In this document: positions 27,052 to 37,582 of the stretch, one piece after another
Layout of the letters: the number at the start of each line of letters is the position of its first letter
How positions within the stretch are numbered: position 1 is the stretch's first letter
Assembly: GCA_018376005.1 (NCBI GenBank)
Contig: JAHACE010000001.1
Span: forward strand, 1-53,330
DNA: 53,330 nucleotides
Reading direction: 5' to 3'
Source: Atopobium sp.
GTDB taxonomy: Bacteria; Actinomycetota; Coriobacteriia; Coriobacteriales; Atopobiaceae
Made by a program: the position numbers and the translations under genes
Notes under the pieces: generated by a model
Database searches by the model: none
What the model was told of the DNA's origin: nothing
What the model saw: the letters and a program-made list of their open reading frames with translations, nothing else

Positions 27052-29136
27052 TTGGGCGTCTCAGATCTTTTCTCGCTAAATAAAGCTTCAAAGCAACCTC
27101 AGGGTTCTACCCTAGAGAAGATTTTGCTGCGCTCAAATAATGTCATTGCCGCTCTTAAAGACCTTGTTGCAAACAATCAGATTGCAGAGGCTGGTCTTCA
27201 AGAGATGCTGATGCGCTCTAAAAATCTCGAGAATACCAATCTGCCCAAGGGCGATGTTCATAAGCTGGACAGAACGGGTCGCTGGTGGTTCAACGCTAAC
27301 ACGATGGAGTGTGCACCAGAAGAGTACGATGCTTTTATTGCAACTGAGGCTATTCTCAACATTTCACAAGATGTTGAAGCCCTAAAGAATACACATGCTT
27401 CTGAGACAGATCTTCAGCTTGTTCGTACTACCCTCTCGCAGGTAGCAAGTCTCATGCCCAAGTCAGCTTCTCTTTCTGAGCAAGTTGCTCCTTTTAGCGG
27501 TAACGCTGATGGCAGCTCAGACTGGATGAAGCGTCTTTGGTTTGCCAACTATGTTGAGAACACGCCATTCCCTTTTAGGATGGTATACAACTTCTCTTAC
27601 AATCCACAACTTGATATTTTGTTATTCGAGTTCTTTGTAGCTCGTCCTCGCTGCTTTAGTTTCTTATCCGCAGAAAAGGCAGAGCAAATTGCAGCGGCGC
27701 GCGCTTACGCGCTGCGTACTTCTCTTTGCGTGGCTCGTATGGCACTTCAGAGCTGCAAAATCTCTCGCGTCTGCATCAATGGCAGCTTGCGCGGAGAAGA
27801 GCGTATTGTCCTATCTATGGACTTAAACGAGGCTGCGCTCGCACGCCTCTTGCCTACTGCAGCAAACACTCAAATTGACGGCAACAGCTTCCCACAAGAT
27901 CCAGCACTCAGGGTTTCTTTTGACCCTGAAGGTTGGTTTAGCGAGGTTGAGCCTTTTATGAAGCCAACAGATGAGTGGGTTTCTCCTCGTAGCTTCTTTG
28001 AAATGCCAGACCTGTCTGATCGTCCTTGTTCACCAGCAGTTACTGCTGTTTGTGGAGCCCAAAAAGTAAGCGATCTTGGGTACTCTGAGGCATCTCACCG
28101 CATTAGACTTTGGAACACCACTCTCAACAACATTCCAAAAGATTCTTCTACTGCAGATGCAGTTGGTAAATTTGAGGAAGCAAAAGCTTCAACTTCTGAT
28201 ATTTACGCCATTGAAGGCTTTGATAGAGTCATCCATGGCTTGGTTGAGGGTACCATCGATTTCTCGGACAGAAGGTCTATGGCTGAGAAATTCCTCTTTG
28301 GTTCGCCTTTGCAAAAAACGCTTCAATCCATAAATAACATCATGGATGGAGAGCCAGATGCAGACGCTCTAGAAAAGGTGCTTACAGAGCTTGAGTCTCA
28401 GGTTTCACCAACCCTTGATATGGGTCTCTATCTGGATGACTCTGATTCTATCTACAGATATTTTGATTCCCTCTCAGAGCGCGTAGCTTATAACCTTGCA
28501 TTCCCCAATGAGCCAAGAAAACTGGTGCTTATTCCAGACACCTATTTTATGTCTTTAGCAAGAATGGCTCGCGCCTACAACCTGCTTGAACAGCCAGAAA
28601 AAGCAGAACGCTATGCACAAGAAGCCCACAGAATCTCTCCTTTGGGAATTGATGCAACGCTGCTATTGGTAAGAACATTAGAAGACCAGTCAAAAGTCTT
28701 TGAGGCTGCAAAGCTGCTCAAAGACCTTATCGCACATATTTTCTCCAGCTCAGATGTTGCTCTGGTGTACTATCGCCTGGCCTATATGGAGTGGAAGCTA
28801 GGACGCTCTGACCTTTGTGCAGCTTGCTATCAAATGGCAATGATCATCGGCGGAAGTGTTGCTCAGCCTGCAAAAGAAGAGCTTGAAGACCTTCTCAAGG
28901 CAGACGCTTCTGTTAAGAAACTAGATACCCCTCAAGAGGTCTTCTCGTTCCTTAAGCAAAATGGTGTTCCTGTCTTTGACCAGAAAGCCGTATTTAACAA
29001 GGCAGTTGCTATTGGCAGCGCTTGTGTAAACGATGGCATTTACTGTGTTGGCCAAAACATGCTCAAGAACTGCCTTGAAATTACCTTTGACGATGCAGCT
29101 GCCAAGGTAGAAAGTTCACTGAGGACACCCTTCTAG
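27052..29136 (+). CDS. Hypothetical protein with C-terminal TPR-like repeats
   Basis: 694 aa, TTG start after AAGGAG; TPR-like helices (MARAYNLLEQPEKAERYAQEAHRISP, YYRLAYMEWKLGRSDLCAACYQMA). Confidence 0.75.
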   Translation: MGVSDLFSLNKASKQPQGSTLEKILLRSNNVIAALKDLVANNQIAEAGLQEMLMRSKNLENTNLPKGDVHKLDRTGRWWFNANTMECAPEEYDAFIATEAILNISQDVEALKNTHASETDLQLVRTTLSQVASLMPKSASLSEQVAPFSGNADGSSDWMKRLWFANYVENTPFPFRMVYNFSYNPQLDILLFEFFVARPRCFSFLSAEKAEQIAAARAYALRTSLCVARMALQSCKISRVCINGSLRGEERIVLSMDLNEAALARLLPTAANTQIDGNSFPQDPALRVSFDPEGWFSEVEPFMKPTDEWVSPRSFFEMPDLSDRPCSPAVTAVCGAQKVSDLGYSEASHRIRLWNTTLNNIPKDSSTADAVGKFEEAKASTSDIYAIEGFDRVIHGLVEGTIDFSDRRSMAEKFLFGSPLQKTLQSINNIMDGEPDADALEKVLTELESQVSPTLDMGLYLDDSDSIYRYFDSLSERVAYNLAFPNEPRKLVLIPDTYFMSLARMARAYNLLEQPEKAERYAQEAHRISPLGIDATLLLVRTLEDQSKVFEAAKLLKDLIAHIFSSSDVALVYYRLAYMEWKLGRSDLCAACYQMAMIIGGSVAQPAKEELEDLLKADASVKKLDTPQEVFSFLKQNGVPVFDQKAVFNKAVAIGSACVNDGIYCVGQNMLKNCLEITFDDAAAKVESSLRTPF

Positions 29137-29159
29137 AGGCCGCGCACGTAAGCTATAAC

Positions 29160-29774
29160 TTATTGCTCTGAATGCTGGTTAAACCGAGCGTTTAACCAAA
29201 GTTCTACCTGCGCTTTAAGATCATCGAGGCCTTCAGAGTTTACAAACACCGTATCCGCCTGATTACGCAAATACGTATCGGAAGGCTGATGCGCTATACG
29301 CTGCTCAAACTCTTGGCGAGAAGATCCTCGCTGTTCAGCGCGTTCTGCTCTCAGTTCCAAAGGCGCTACAACAACGACAACTTCATCAACCAGCTCAAGC
29401 AAGTCTTCAACGCGGTCAAGCAGCGGAACCTCTACAAAGCAGAACTGAGCATCTGCAGCAGGAGCCTCTTTTGTAAGGAATTGACGCATATATTCCCTGA
29501 TAAAAGGCATCTCAAGTTCTTCTAAGAGCTCAGCAGATTCACTAGTGGCAAAAGCTCTGAGACCAAGCTCTCGCCTATTAATCTCATGAGTAACAGGATC
29601 TAGCAAATCGTTACCAAAAGCCTCTGCCACACGATACGTACACTCACATCCAGGTCTCAGAAGTCTACGAGAAACCTCATCAAGGTCAAAGCGCAGACCA
29701 CCTGCCGCTTCAAGCATTTTAGAAACAGTTGATTTGCCAGACGCCATCCCGCCGGCGAGAATTACCTTGTACAT
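29160..29774 (-). CDS. coaE: Dephospho-CoA kinase
   Basis: GGMASGKST, INRRELG, EVPLL; ATG 29774 after AGGAG. Confidence 0.9.
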   Translation of the reverse strand: MYKVILAGGMASGKSTVSKMLEAAGGLRFDLDEVSRRLLRPGCECTYRVAEAFGNDLLDPVTHEINRRELGLRAFATSESAELLEELEMPFIREYMRQFLTKEAPAADAQFCFVEVPLLDRVEDLLELVDEVVVVVAPLELRAERAEQRGSSRQEFEQRIAHQPSDTYLRNQADTVFVNSEGLDDLKAQVELWLNARFNQHSEQ

Positions 29775-29785
29775 GTAGTTCACTC

Positions 29786-30415
29786 CTATAACTGCAGTGC
29801 TGTATAAGAGCCTAGCAGTTTTACTTCTTCAGGAGTATGAGTTACCCAAATTACAACTTTTGATTCAATGAACGGTTTGACAGAGGCAATAACCTGCTGC
29901 TTAAGCGCTTCGTCTAATCCCTTAAGCGGTTCATCAAAGAGCAAGATGTCTGCATCTGCAAAGAGGGTACGTAAAAGAGCAACGCGTCTCTTTTGACCAC
30001 CGGAAAACTCAGAAACAGGCTTGTTTTCTGTTCCTTCAAGTCCTACCTCACAAAGCGCCTCTTTAATACGCTCTCGAGCGCTTTGTTTTTGCTCCTTTGA
30101 GTGCAACTGTATAGCAAGCATGATATTTGCCATAACGCTCAAGTTTTCTAGCAGTCTATCTTCCTGAAACATCATGACCGTTTTAGCGTTAGGCGATGTA
30201 AGCACTGTGCCTGAATCAGCCACTTCGAGACCACAAAGAATACGAAGAAGTGTTGTTTTCCCTGCTCCAGAGGGCTCAGAGAGTACGTACACTCCCCTCT
30301 CAAACTTGTAGGAAAAATCATCAAGCACAACCGTATTACCAAACGATTTAGTGATGTTTTTTGCCTCAAGCAAATGCTCGGTTGCATAGGCACAATTAGT
30401 TGTGTTCATACTCAT
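29786..30415 (-). CDS. NitT/TauT-type ABC ATP-binding protein
   Basis: PSGAGKTT, FQEDRL, SGGQKRR, DEP; ATG 30415 overlaps the permease stop (ATGA). Confidence 0.88.
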   Translation of the reverse strand: MSMNTTNCAYATEHLLEAKNITKSFGNTVVLDDFSYKFERGVYVLSEPSGAGKTTLLRILCGLEVADSGTVLTSPNAKTVMMFQEDRLLENLSVMANIMLAIQLHSKEQKQSARERIKEALCEVGLEGTENKPVSEFSGGQKRRVALLRTLFADADILLFDEPLKGLDEALKQQVIASVKPFIESKVVIWVTHTPEEVKLLGSYTALQL

Positions 30416-31329
30416 GAGCAGCTCTTTTCTAGCCTTGCAGCGGCCCATGAAACTAACCGCATCACGATCTTCTCGCCAAGTGCGCTCATCACAATAACCA
30501 CAAGCGTCCACGCAAAAAGGGCTGGCGTATCCAAATACACTTTAGCGTTATAGAGGTGCTCGCCAATGGAGAATGCGGGAAGGCCAATGACCTCGGCAGC
30601 AATTCCCGACTTCCAGCAAAACCCCATGGCAAGTGAGGTTGCTGTCTTAAGCGAAGGCATAAGCTGCGACAAATAAATTGCTTTAATGCGTTGCCAGCCG
30701 TGAATTTGGTATACATCAGCCATCTCAATGAGCTGCTGGTCAGTGCTGAGGAGCCCCTCAAGTACCGCAATGTAGATGATAGGAAGTGCCATCAAAAATG
30801 AAATTGAAATTGAAAGGTAGGGCGTGCGAACCCAGATTAGTAGCAAGATGACAAACGATGCCACGGGAATTGATTTGATTGTAGAAATAAGCGGCTCAAA
30901 AAGAATCTTGATCAACTTGTACTTAAAACTCAAAAACGCCAGCAAGGAACCAGCCGTAAAAGCAAGTGCTCCACCAGCAAAAATACGCAAAAGAGAAAGA
31001 CCAATAGAAACCCAAAACTCGCGTAGTTGAGCTAGCGAGAAAAGCGTCTGAATGGTCTGAATGGGTGAAGTTAAAACAATATCCTGATTGATGACAACCG
31101 CAGCTATCTGCCACACGACAAGCCAAAATACCAGTGCGCCTAAACGTGCTCCCCAGCTAGAAGCAACTTTGCGCACAGTCGGTTTGCCTTGCACGCGGCC
31201 CGCACCTTGGGTCTGACCTGCGCTTTGGGCCTGATCGTTTTTCTCGACAGAAAAATCTGCCGAGGCAGCGCCTTTCTCGGCGCCACCTCGGGCAGAAATA
31301 CTATCTTTTATATGCGGGTTATGCGCCAA
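30412..31329 (-). CDS. NitT/TauT-type ABC permease
   Basis: SIPVAS, LIEMADVY, WKSGIAAE; start uncertain. Confidence 0.88.
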   Translation of the reverse strand: MAHNPHIKDSISARGGAEKGAASADFSVEKNDQAQSAGQTQGAGRVQGKPTVRKVASSWGARLGALVFWLVVWQIAAVVINQDIVLTSPIQTIQTLFSLAQLREFWVSIGLSLLRIFAGGALAFTAGSLLAFLSFKYKLIKILFEPLISTIKSIPVASFVILLLIWVRTPYLSISISFLMALPIIYIAVLEGLLSTDQQLIEMADVYQIHGWQRIKAIYLSQLMPSLKTATSLAMGFCWKSGIAAEVIGLPAFSIGEHLYNAKVYLDTPALFAWTLVVIVMSALGEKIVMRLVSWAAARLEKSCS

Positions 31330-32335
31330 AGTAGAAATCGTCTCCAGGAACCTGTCCGCCTACTGCCTGAGAATTAGCCTCAGCCAGAATGCCTAAGTAA
31401 CTTGAAAGTGCGCTCTTCATATCTGCGCCATCAATATACGTAATATTACACTTAGGCAGCGCAACCTTGGCAATAGGCTCTGGAACAATGCCGTATTTGC
31501 CTACAAGCGTAGCAGCCTCATCTGGATGATCAACCGCAAATGCAACAGAGTCTTTGTAGTGAGAAAGCAGGGCTGTTACCGCATCTGGAGAATCTGAGAT
31601 GAGCTTTGAAGAAATAATAGTTACGCCAGCAATCAGCTTGCTCTGAGGATTGACAGCCTCCCATTCAGCGCCAAGGTCGATTGCAATGCGAATCTGGCTG
31701 TTCTTGCTTTGTGCCACCGTAACAAAAGGCTGTGGGAGCAGCGCAATTCCCTCTGGATCTTGAGCTAGAGCAGCAACACACTCGGTATGTTCGCTCTTCC
31801 ACTCTACTTGGACGTCCTCACCAAGTGTCATGCCATTTTTACTCAGCAGGTAGGACAATGTGTACTCTGGGACTGCACCCTTACCAGAAGCGTAGAGCGT
31901 CTTTCCCTTGAGGTCAGTAAGCTTAGAGATAGCGCTACCCGTCTCAACAATGTAAAGGACGTTCAATACGTTAAGACAAGCTACCTTATAGGCGCCTTTG
32001 GTCTTGTTAAAGAGCGTAGCTGCAAGGTTTGCAGGAATAGATGCAACGTCAACATCGCCCTGGGCAACCTTAGCAACTACCTGATCAGGAGCATCCAAAA
32101 TCTCAAACGAGTAGTTGTTATCGGTAATGTTTTGCGCCTCAACCTCGCTCATGAACTTAACCAAGCCCATGGCAGTAGGACCTTTAAGCGTTGCAACTTT
32201 TACCGCAACAGGATTAGATTTCTTAGCCTCATCTTTTGTGGCGTCCTGAGACTTCTCTTGGTCTGTTCCCTTGCAGCCAAACAGTGCTGTAGCTGGAATG
32301 AGACCTGCAAGCTTAAGGAACGAACGTCTATCCAT
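31319..32335 (-). CDS. NitT/TauT-type ABC substrate-binding lipoprotein
   Basis: DRRSFL leader, LFGC lipobox, LKGPT, LKGKT, LPQPF. Confidence 0.85.
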   Translation of the reverse strand: MDRRSFLKLAGLIPATALFGCKGTDQEKSQDATKDEAKKSNPVAVKVATLKGPTAMGLVKFMSEVEAQNITDNNYSFEILDAPDQVVAKVAQGDVDVASIPANLAATLFNKTKGAYKVACLNVLNVLYIVETGSAISKLTDLKGKTLYASGKGAVPEYTLSYLLSKNGMTLGEDVQVEWKSEHTECVAALAQDPEGIALLPQPFVTVAQSKNSQIRIAIDLGAEWEAVNPQSKLIAGVTIISSKLISDSPDAVTALLSHYKDSVAFAVDHPDEAATLVGKYGIVPEPIAKVALPKCNITYIDGADMKSALSSYLGILAEANSQAVGGQVPGDDFYFGA

Positions 32336-32468
32336 GAATCACTCCTGACTCGAAAAGTTAACTAAGGCTACCTTATCACGTCTACGGCAAAATTCACACG
32401 ATATACAGCATATCTTACAAACTCTTTGATACATCTATGAGAACAAGACGCACTCATGGCGAGAAAAA

Positions 32469-33530
32469 CTAGTTCTTCTCGCCATATCCAAGGACGTACG
32501 CACGACACAGGTTCTCGGTGCCGATAATTGCATCGATGTGGCAGCGCTCGCGACCGTGAGTGTTGAGACATGCTGGACCAAATGCGCCGCTCTTAAGATC
32601 GTTGCCGGAGAAATATGCAGCGTTAGCATCAGTTGAGAAGTGGAAGGCAACCTGCTGGTTCCACTTTTCTGGCTCAACAACCTCCTGCGCACACGCAATA
32701 AGTTTGTTGGAAACTTCCCAATCGTAAGGCGAGCGAATATCAGAAACAATGATGCCTACGTGGTGCTCGTTTGAATTGTAGTCAGGGCCAATAAGGGTAA
32801 TGTCCAGCGATACGTACTCATCCACCTCAACAGGCAAGAATGCGCCGCCGTGACCAATCTCCTCGTACATTGGGAATGCAAACAAGGTGTTATAGAGGGG
32901 TTTCTCGCCAGATTGCGCCAGCCAACGGAGTGTATGAAGCTGTGCGGCAACACAAGCCTTATCGTCGATAAAGCGAGAAACCATATAGCCGTTGTCATAC
33001 ATCTCAAAGTGAGGATCAATGGCAATAACTGCACCCTCTGAGACGCCCAGCGCACGAGCCTCTTCAGCAGAAGAAACATCAGCAATAAGCGAGATGGACA
33101 TGTTGTCCTCGTTGCGCTCCATAGTTCGAGCGTCTTCAAAGACGTGAACGGAGTGGTGATTGCAGATTACCTGACCATCAACAACGGAGCCATCTCTGCA
33201 GACAACATGGCAGGTCTCGCCCTCAATGCTGTGGTAGTTGATGCCGCCCAGCTGGCGAACGCGCAGTGTGCCGTCTGAATTGAAGCCGCGAACAATCAGG
33301 CCAATGGTGTCAAGGTGAGCATTAACGCCCACAGTCTTGCTGGTATCTTTACCCTCTACCAGGACATACGCCGTAGCTTTGTTGTCAATCTGAAGCTCAT
33401 AGCCCGCCTCGGTGACAAGCTCTCGAAGCAGCTCATGGATGCGCTCGTAGTAGCCAACAGGGCTATCGCACTCAACAAGCTTCTTTGTAGTATCAATCAA
33501 ATACTGTGTATCAGTTTCAAAATGAGTCAT
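32469..33530 (-). CDS. M42 family metallo-aminopeptidase
   Basis: SPVGY, AHLDT, DDKA, EEIG, D, HGRE metal ligands. Confidence 0.88.
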   Translation of the reverse strand: MTHFETDTQYLIDTTKKLVECDSPVGYYERIHELLRELVTEAGYELQIDNKATAYVLVEGKDTSKTVGVNAHLDTIGLIVRGFNSDGTLRVRQLGGINYHSIEGETCHVVCRDGSVVDGQVICNHHSVHVFEDARTMERNEDNMSISLIADVSSAEEARALGVSEGAVIAIDPHFEMYDNGYMVSRFIDDKACVAAQLHTLRWLAQSGEKPLYNTLFAFPMYEEIGHGGAFLPVEVDEYVSLDITLIGPDYNSNEHHVGIIVSDIRSPYDWEVSNKLIACAQEVVEPEKWNQQVAFHFSTDANAAYFSGNDLKSGAFGPACLNTHGRERCHIDAIIGTENLCRAYVLGYGEKN

Positions 33531-33539
33531 GACTATCTC

Positions 33540-34790
33540 CTAGTTTTGTGGATGGGTGTAAAGCTCTACCAGGTGCTCCAGCATGTCAACCATACCCTCA
33601 AGCTCGGGGACAGGAACAAATTCTCTGACGCCGTGAGCGTTGTAGTAGCAGGCAGAGAGATTGGCGCATGGGAACCCTCTAAAGGAAAGTTGGGATCCGT
33701 CGGTGCCGCCACGCATTGGAATGCAGGTCATCTCTACGCCGACCTTCTCGTATGCAGTGCGTGCATTCTCGATTAAGTGCGCATACTCAGGCTTTAATAC
33801 GATGTCAGCCAAGTTGTGATACTGGTCGTGAATCTCAACGGAAAGTACCTCAGAGCCAATCTGCTTGTTTACATACGCTGCAGCATCAACCATCAACTGC
33901 TTACGGCGCTCAACCTTTGCCTGGTCATGGTCTCGAATAATGTAATCAGCGCGAGCAGACTCGCAATCACCGTTGACGCGCTCCAGATAGAAGAAGCCAT
34001 CATAGCCCTCGGTGAACTCAGGACGCTCCGCAGGTGGAAGCAGCTCGTGGAAGCGCATAATTGCCTCGGATGCATTGATCATCTGGCCTTTTGCGGTACC
34101 CGTATGAACCGAAAGTCCGTGAGCACGCACAAACACCTCAGCGGCATTGAAGGTCTCGTAGCAGAACTCGCCAAAGGGACCACCGTCAATGGTGTAACCA
34201 TAAGCTGCGCCAAAAGCGTCAAGGTCCAGAAGAGCTGCGCCGTGGCCAATCTCCTCATCAGGAACAAACGCAAGTGCAATACGCGGGTGCTTGAGCTCTG
34301 GATGCTCTTTGTAGCGAGCAAGCAAGCTGACCAGCATGGCAATGCCAGCTTTGTCATCGCCGCCAAGCAGCGACGTGCCATCAGTGGTAACCAGCTGCCA
34401 GCCAACCATGTGATCAAGCTGCGGATTAGTCTCTGGGCTAATATAGACCTCTCTGCCCTCACGATCAGAACCAACTACTAGCTTGCCGCCCTTATACGCA
34501 ACAACCTGAGGATGAACGGGGTTACCCCAAGACTGCCAAGCCGTATCAATGTGGCAGCAGAAACCAAGAGTTGGAAGGTCCTCCAAACCCTTGCTTGCAG
34601 GCCAGTGAGCAACCACATAAGCGTGCTTGTCAACAACTACATTTTCTGCGCCAAGCTCACGAAGATCAGCTGCAACAACCTCAGCCATCTGGTGCTGAGA
34701 CTCAGTTGAAGGAACAGCATCTGCCGTCAGAGGATTAGACTGAGAAGAAACTTTGCAATACGCAATAAATCTATCTAGAACGTCACTCAT
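33540..34790 (-). CDS. pepT: Peptidase T (tripeptide aminopeptidase)
   Basis: HIDT, LGGDDKAG, PDEEIG, ETFNAA, RGGTDG. Confidence 0.93.
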   Translation of the reverse strand: MSDVLDRFIAYCKVSSQSNPLTADAVPSTESQHQMAEVVAADLRELGAENVVVDKHAYVVAHWPASKGLEDLPTLGFCCHIDTAWQSWGNPVHPQVVAYKGGKLVVGSDREGREVYISPETNPQLDHMVGWQLVTTDGTSLLGGDDKAGIAMLVSLLARYKEHPELKHPRIALAFVPDEEIGHGAALLDLDAFGAAYGYTIDGGPFGEFCYETFNAAEVFVRAHGLSVHTGTAKGQMINASEAIMRFHELLPPAERPEFTEGYDGFFYLERVNGDCESARADYIIRDHDQAKVERRKQLMVDAAAYVNKQIGSEVLSVEIHDQYHNLADIVLKPEYAHLIENARTAYEKVGVEMTCIPMRGGTDGSQLSFRGFPCANLSACYYNAHGVREFVPVPELEGMVDMLEHLVELYTHPQN

Positions 34791-34803
34791 AAAACTCCCT
34801 TAC

Positions 34804-34838
34804 AAAAAACTGCGCTAACCAAATAGTTAACGCAGTTT
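34804..34838 (-). terminator. Terminator-like hairpin between the C26 hydrolase and pepT
   Basis: AAACTGCG...CGCAGTTT followed by a T run on the minus strand. Confidence 0.5.
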
Positions 34839-34852
34839 AGAGTATCAATGTA

Positions 34853-35647
34853 TTAACGAGAAGACCGTGAGGCTCGTGAAGCTGTAACAAAGGATTTCCA
34901 AAGTTCACAGTCAGCTTTGCTGTATTGCCAACCATACTCTGGATGCCACTGCACACCTAGAGTAAACGTCTTGCCCTTGACCTCGGCTCCTTCAATAATG
35001 CCGTCTGAAGCATACGCAACTACATTAAGCTCAGCGGAAACCTTTTTCAGAGCCTCATCGTGATACGAGTTTGCTTGAATGTCTTCAACCTTACCCAGAG
35101 CGTTGTACAGCAAAGAATCTTTTTGAATATGAACAGCATGAGCAGGATGGTACAAATTTGCCGAATGCGTCCAGAACACATGATTTTCTGTTGGCTCAAG
35201 GGTGTGCAAATCTTGTACAAGTGTACCGCCCAGTACAACATTCAAAAGTTGAAGACCACGACAAATAGCAAGTAAAGGTTTATCGGCAGCAAGTACCTGT
35301 TTTACGAGCTCAAACTCAAGCCTGTCTCTTATGGGACACAGACGATTAAGATCACGTGGTTCTTCTCCCCAATTGCGCGGATCAACATCATGACCACCGG
35401 TAAGGCAGAAGCCGTCACACATCTCAACAAACTGAGCAATAACCTCTGGGTCATCAGTCAAAGGCGCCATGATAGGAATGCCGCCAGCTGCAAGGATGGC
35501 GTCAAATTGGATCTGTCCGACAGAAGCAGAATCAGAAAAATTTTCTTCAGGCATCCAACGAGGGGTTACACAGATAAGAGGACGCTCAGAAGCAGGAAGA
35601 TCTGGAACATCATTGAATGCATCTTTTACGATATCTGGAATAACCAC
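34853..35647 (-). CDS. Gamma-glutamyl-gamma-aminobutyrate hydrolase family (peptidase C26)
   Basis: TGGHDVDP, AICRGLQ (catalytic Cys), QWHPE. Confidence 0.9.
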   Translation of the reverse strand: MVIPDIVKDAFNDVPDLPASERPLICVTPRWMPEENFSDSASVGQIQFDAILAAGGIPIMAPLTDDPEVIAQFVEMCDGFCLTGGHDVDPRNWGEEPRDLNRLCPIRDRLEFELVKQVLAADKPLLAICRGLQLLNVVLGGTLVQDLHTLEPTENHVFWTHSANLYHPAHAVHIQKDSLLYNALGKVEDIQANSYHDEALKKVSAELNVVAYASDGIIEGAEVKGKTFTLGVQWHPEYGWQYSKADCELWKSFVTASRASRSSR

Positions 35648-35881
35648 AAAACCCTCTTATCAGTCAGTACTTCTATCTAAATTCACGTTAAAGGTATACC
35701 CTTTTTGAGTCTTTGACTTTATCGCTTTTGCGTTTTTCATGCCACCCTGACAACTCTTCCTCCACAATGTTTTTTCACTCATGAAACATTTTTCTGTATT
35801 GCATACAATTAATTTGGGTATTAAGAAGCCAGTTCTTACATTTAAACTTCATGTTTTGAAGATACAAACGGAAGGCGCCCT

Positions 35882-37486
35882 ATGAAAGAGCATGTATTTA
35901 CTAACCTTTCCCGTAAAACATTCTTACGTGGATCTTTGGCGGCTGCCGTTGCCGCTAGTTCTGCTTCACTACTTTCTGCTTGTGGCGGTTCAGCTGGCGG
36001 AGACTCTGATAAAAAAGTATTGCGCTTTGGCGTAAATAACCCAAAGGTAACCTTTGATACTCAAAAGACTTCTGGTTCTGTTGGCGTATCTGAGGCAGTT
36101 GCAGAATCTTTGCTGGTGCTTAACCCAGACACAAAAGAAATTGAGCCAAACCTGGTAACTGGCCTTCCTACCGTCTCTGATGATGGCCTTACCTACTCAT
36201 ATGAGCTTAAGGATGGCATCAAATTCCACAATGGAGAAACCCTTAAGTCCTCTGACGTTAAATACACCCTAACACGTATGTTCTTGCCTGCTACCAAGGC
36301 AACCTCAATTGACTCGTATGCGTACATTGAGGGCGCTAAAGACATCATTGCCGGCACAACAGAAGAGCTTTCTGGTGTTGTTATTAAGGATGATCGTCAC
36401 TTTGATATTAAGCTGACACAGCCTTATTCAACCTTTAATGCAATCATGGCTCAGTTCTACGCTGTTATCTACCCAGAGAAGGCTTGCAAAGAAGCCGGTG
36501 AGGCTTGGGGCACTGAGACCAACTTCATTGGTACCGGTGCTTACAAGCTTGTCTCTAATGACAGCACCACAGAAGTTGTTCTTGAGGGATTTGCTGACTA
36601 CCATGAGGGCAAGCCTGGTCTGGATGAGCTCAGATTTGTCTACATTGACGACGCTAACACCCGTATTCTTAACTACAAGAACAATGATGTTGACCTGGTC
36701 TTTATTTCTCAATCTCTTATTCAGCAGTACCAAAATGATGAGTCTATTTCCAAAGAGATTGTCAACTACACTCCTGCATCCACGCAGTTTGTAAACTTGA
36801 ACCTTAAGAGCGAGAACCTCAAAGATGTTCGCGTTCGTCAGGCTCTCTCTATGGCAATTGATAGAGACACCATTTGTAGCACCATTCTTTCTGGTGTTGC
36901 AAAGCCTGCTAAGTCATTTATCCCATCTTCTGAGACCGGCTACAACGAGTCCGCTCCAGAGTTTGAGTACAACGTAGACAAGGCAAAGCAGCTTCTTGCA
37001 GAGGCTGGTGTTTCTAACCTCACTCTTAACGCACAGGTCAGAAGCCAGGATCAGAACCTCATGGTTGCCCTTCAGGATGCTTGGTCAAAGATTGGTGTTA
37101 CCTGTAACGTAAGCGTTATTGACTCTGGTGTTTGGAGCGACGCACGTACTAACGGTGACCTTGAAGTCACTCTTGTTACCTGGTCTACCCTCTCCTTCCA
37201 GGGTGTTGAGCACATGGGCTCCTACTTCCGCTCTGACCGCGCCGCAAAGAAGTCTTCCTTCTACAACAGCACCGAGTTTGACAACCTGGTTGACCAGGCT
37301 CGGCTTACCGTTAACAACAACGACAAGGTACTTGAGCTCACCCGTCAGGCAGATAGCCTCATGACTCACACAGACTACGCATGCCTACCTATCGACTGGC
37401 CACAGATGCCTTACGTCTTGAAGCCAGAGTTTACCGGCCTCAGCGTTCTGGTTAACCCTCACTTCGATAAGGTTAAGAAGAAGTAA
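35882..37486 (+). CDS. Family 5 peptide ABC substrate-binding lipoprotein (stand-alone)
   Basis: SRKTFL leader, LSAC lipobox, KFHNG, VRQALSMAIDR. Confidence 0.9.
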   Translation: MKEHVFTNLSRKTFLRGSLAAAVAASSASLLSACGGSAGGDSDKKVLRFGVNNPKVTFDTQKTSGSVGVSEAVAESLLVLNPDTKEIEPNLVTGLPTVSDDGLTYSYELKDGIKFHNGETLKSSDVKYTLTRMFLPATKATSIDSYAYIEGAKDIIAGTTEELSGVVIKDDRHFDIKLTQPYSTFNAIMAQFYAVIYPEKACKEAGEAWGTETNFIGTGAYKLVSNDSTTEVVLEGFADYHEGKPGLDELRFVYIDDANTRILNYKNNDVDLVFISQSLIQQYQNDESISKEIVNYTPASTQFVNLNLKSENLKDVRVRQALSMAIDRDTICSTILSGVAKPAKSFIPSSETGYNESAPEFEYNVDKAKQLLAEAGVSNLTLNAQVRSQDQNLMVALQDAWSKIGVTCNVSVIDSGVWSDARTNGDLEVTLVTWSTLSFQGVEHMGSYFRSDRAAKKSSFYNSTEFDNLVDQARLTVNNNDKVLELTRQADSLMTHTDYACLPIDWPQMPYVLKPEFTGLSVLVNPHFDKVKKK

Positions 37487-37507
37487 GGCTTCCTCCATAC
37501 AAAACTG

Positions 37508-37543
37508 AAGACGAGAAGATCAATTGGTCTTCTCGCCTTTTTT
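37508..37543 (+). terminator. Terminator between convergent genes
   Basis: AAGACGAGAAGATC-AATT-GGTCTTCTCGCCTTTTTT. Confidence 0.65.
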
Positions 37544-37582
37544 GTGTTTGTATGCCGTTTTAAGACACGACAATAAGATGCG

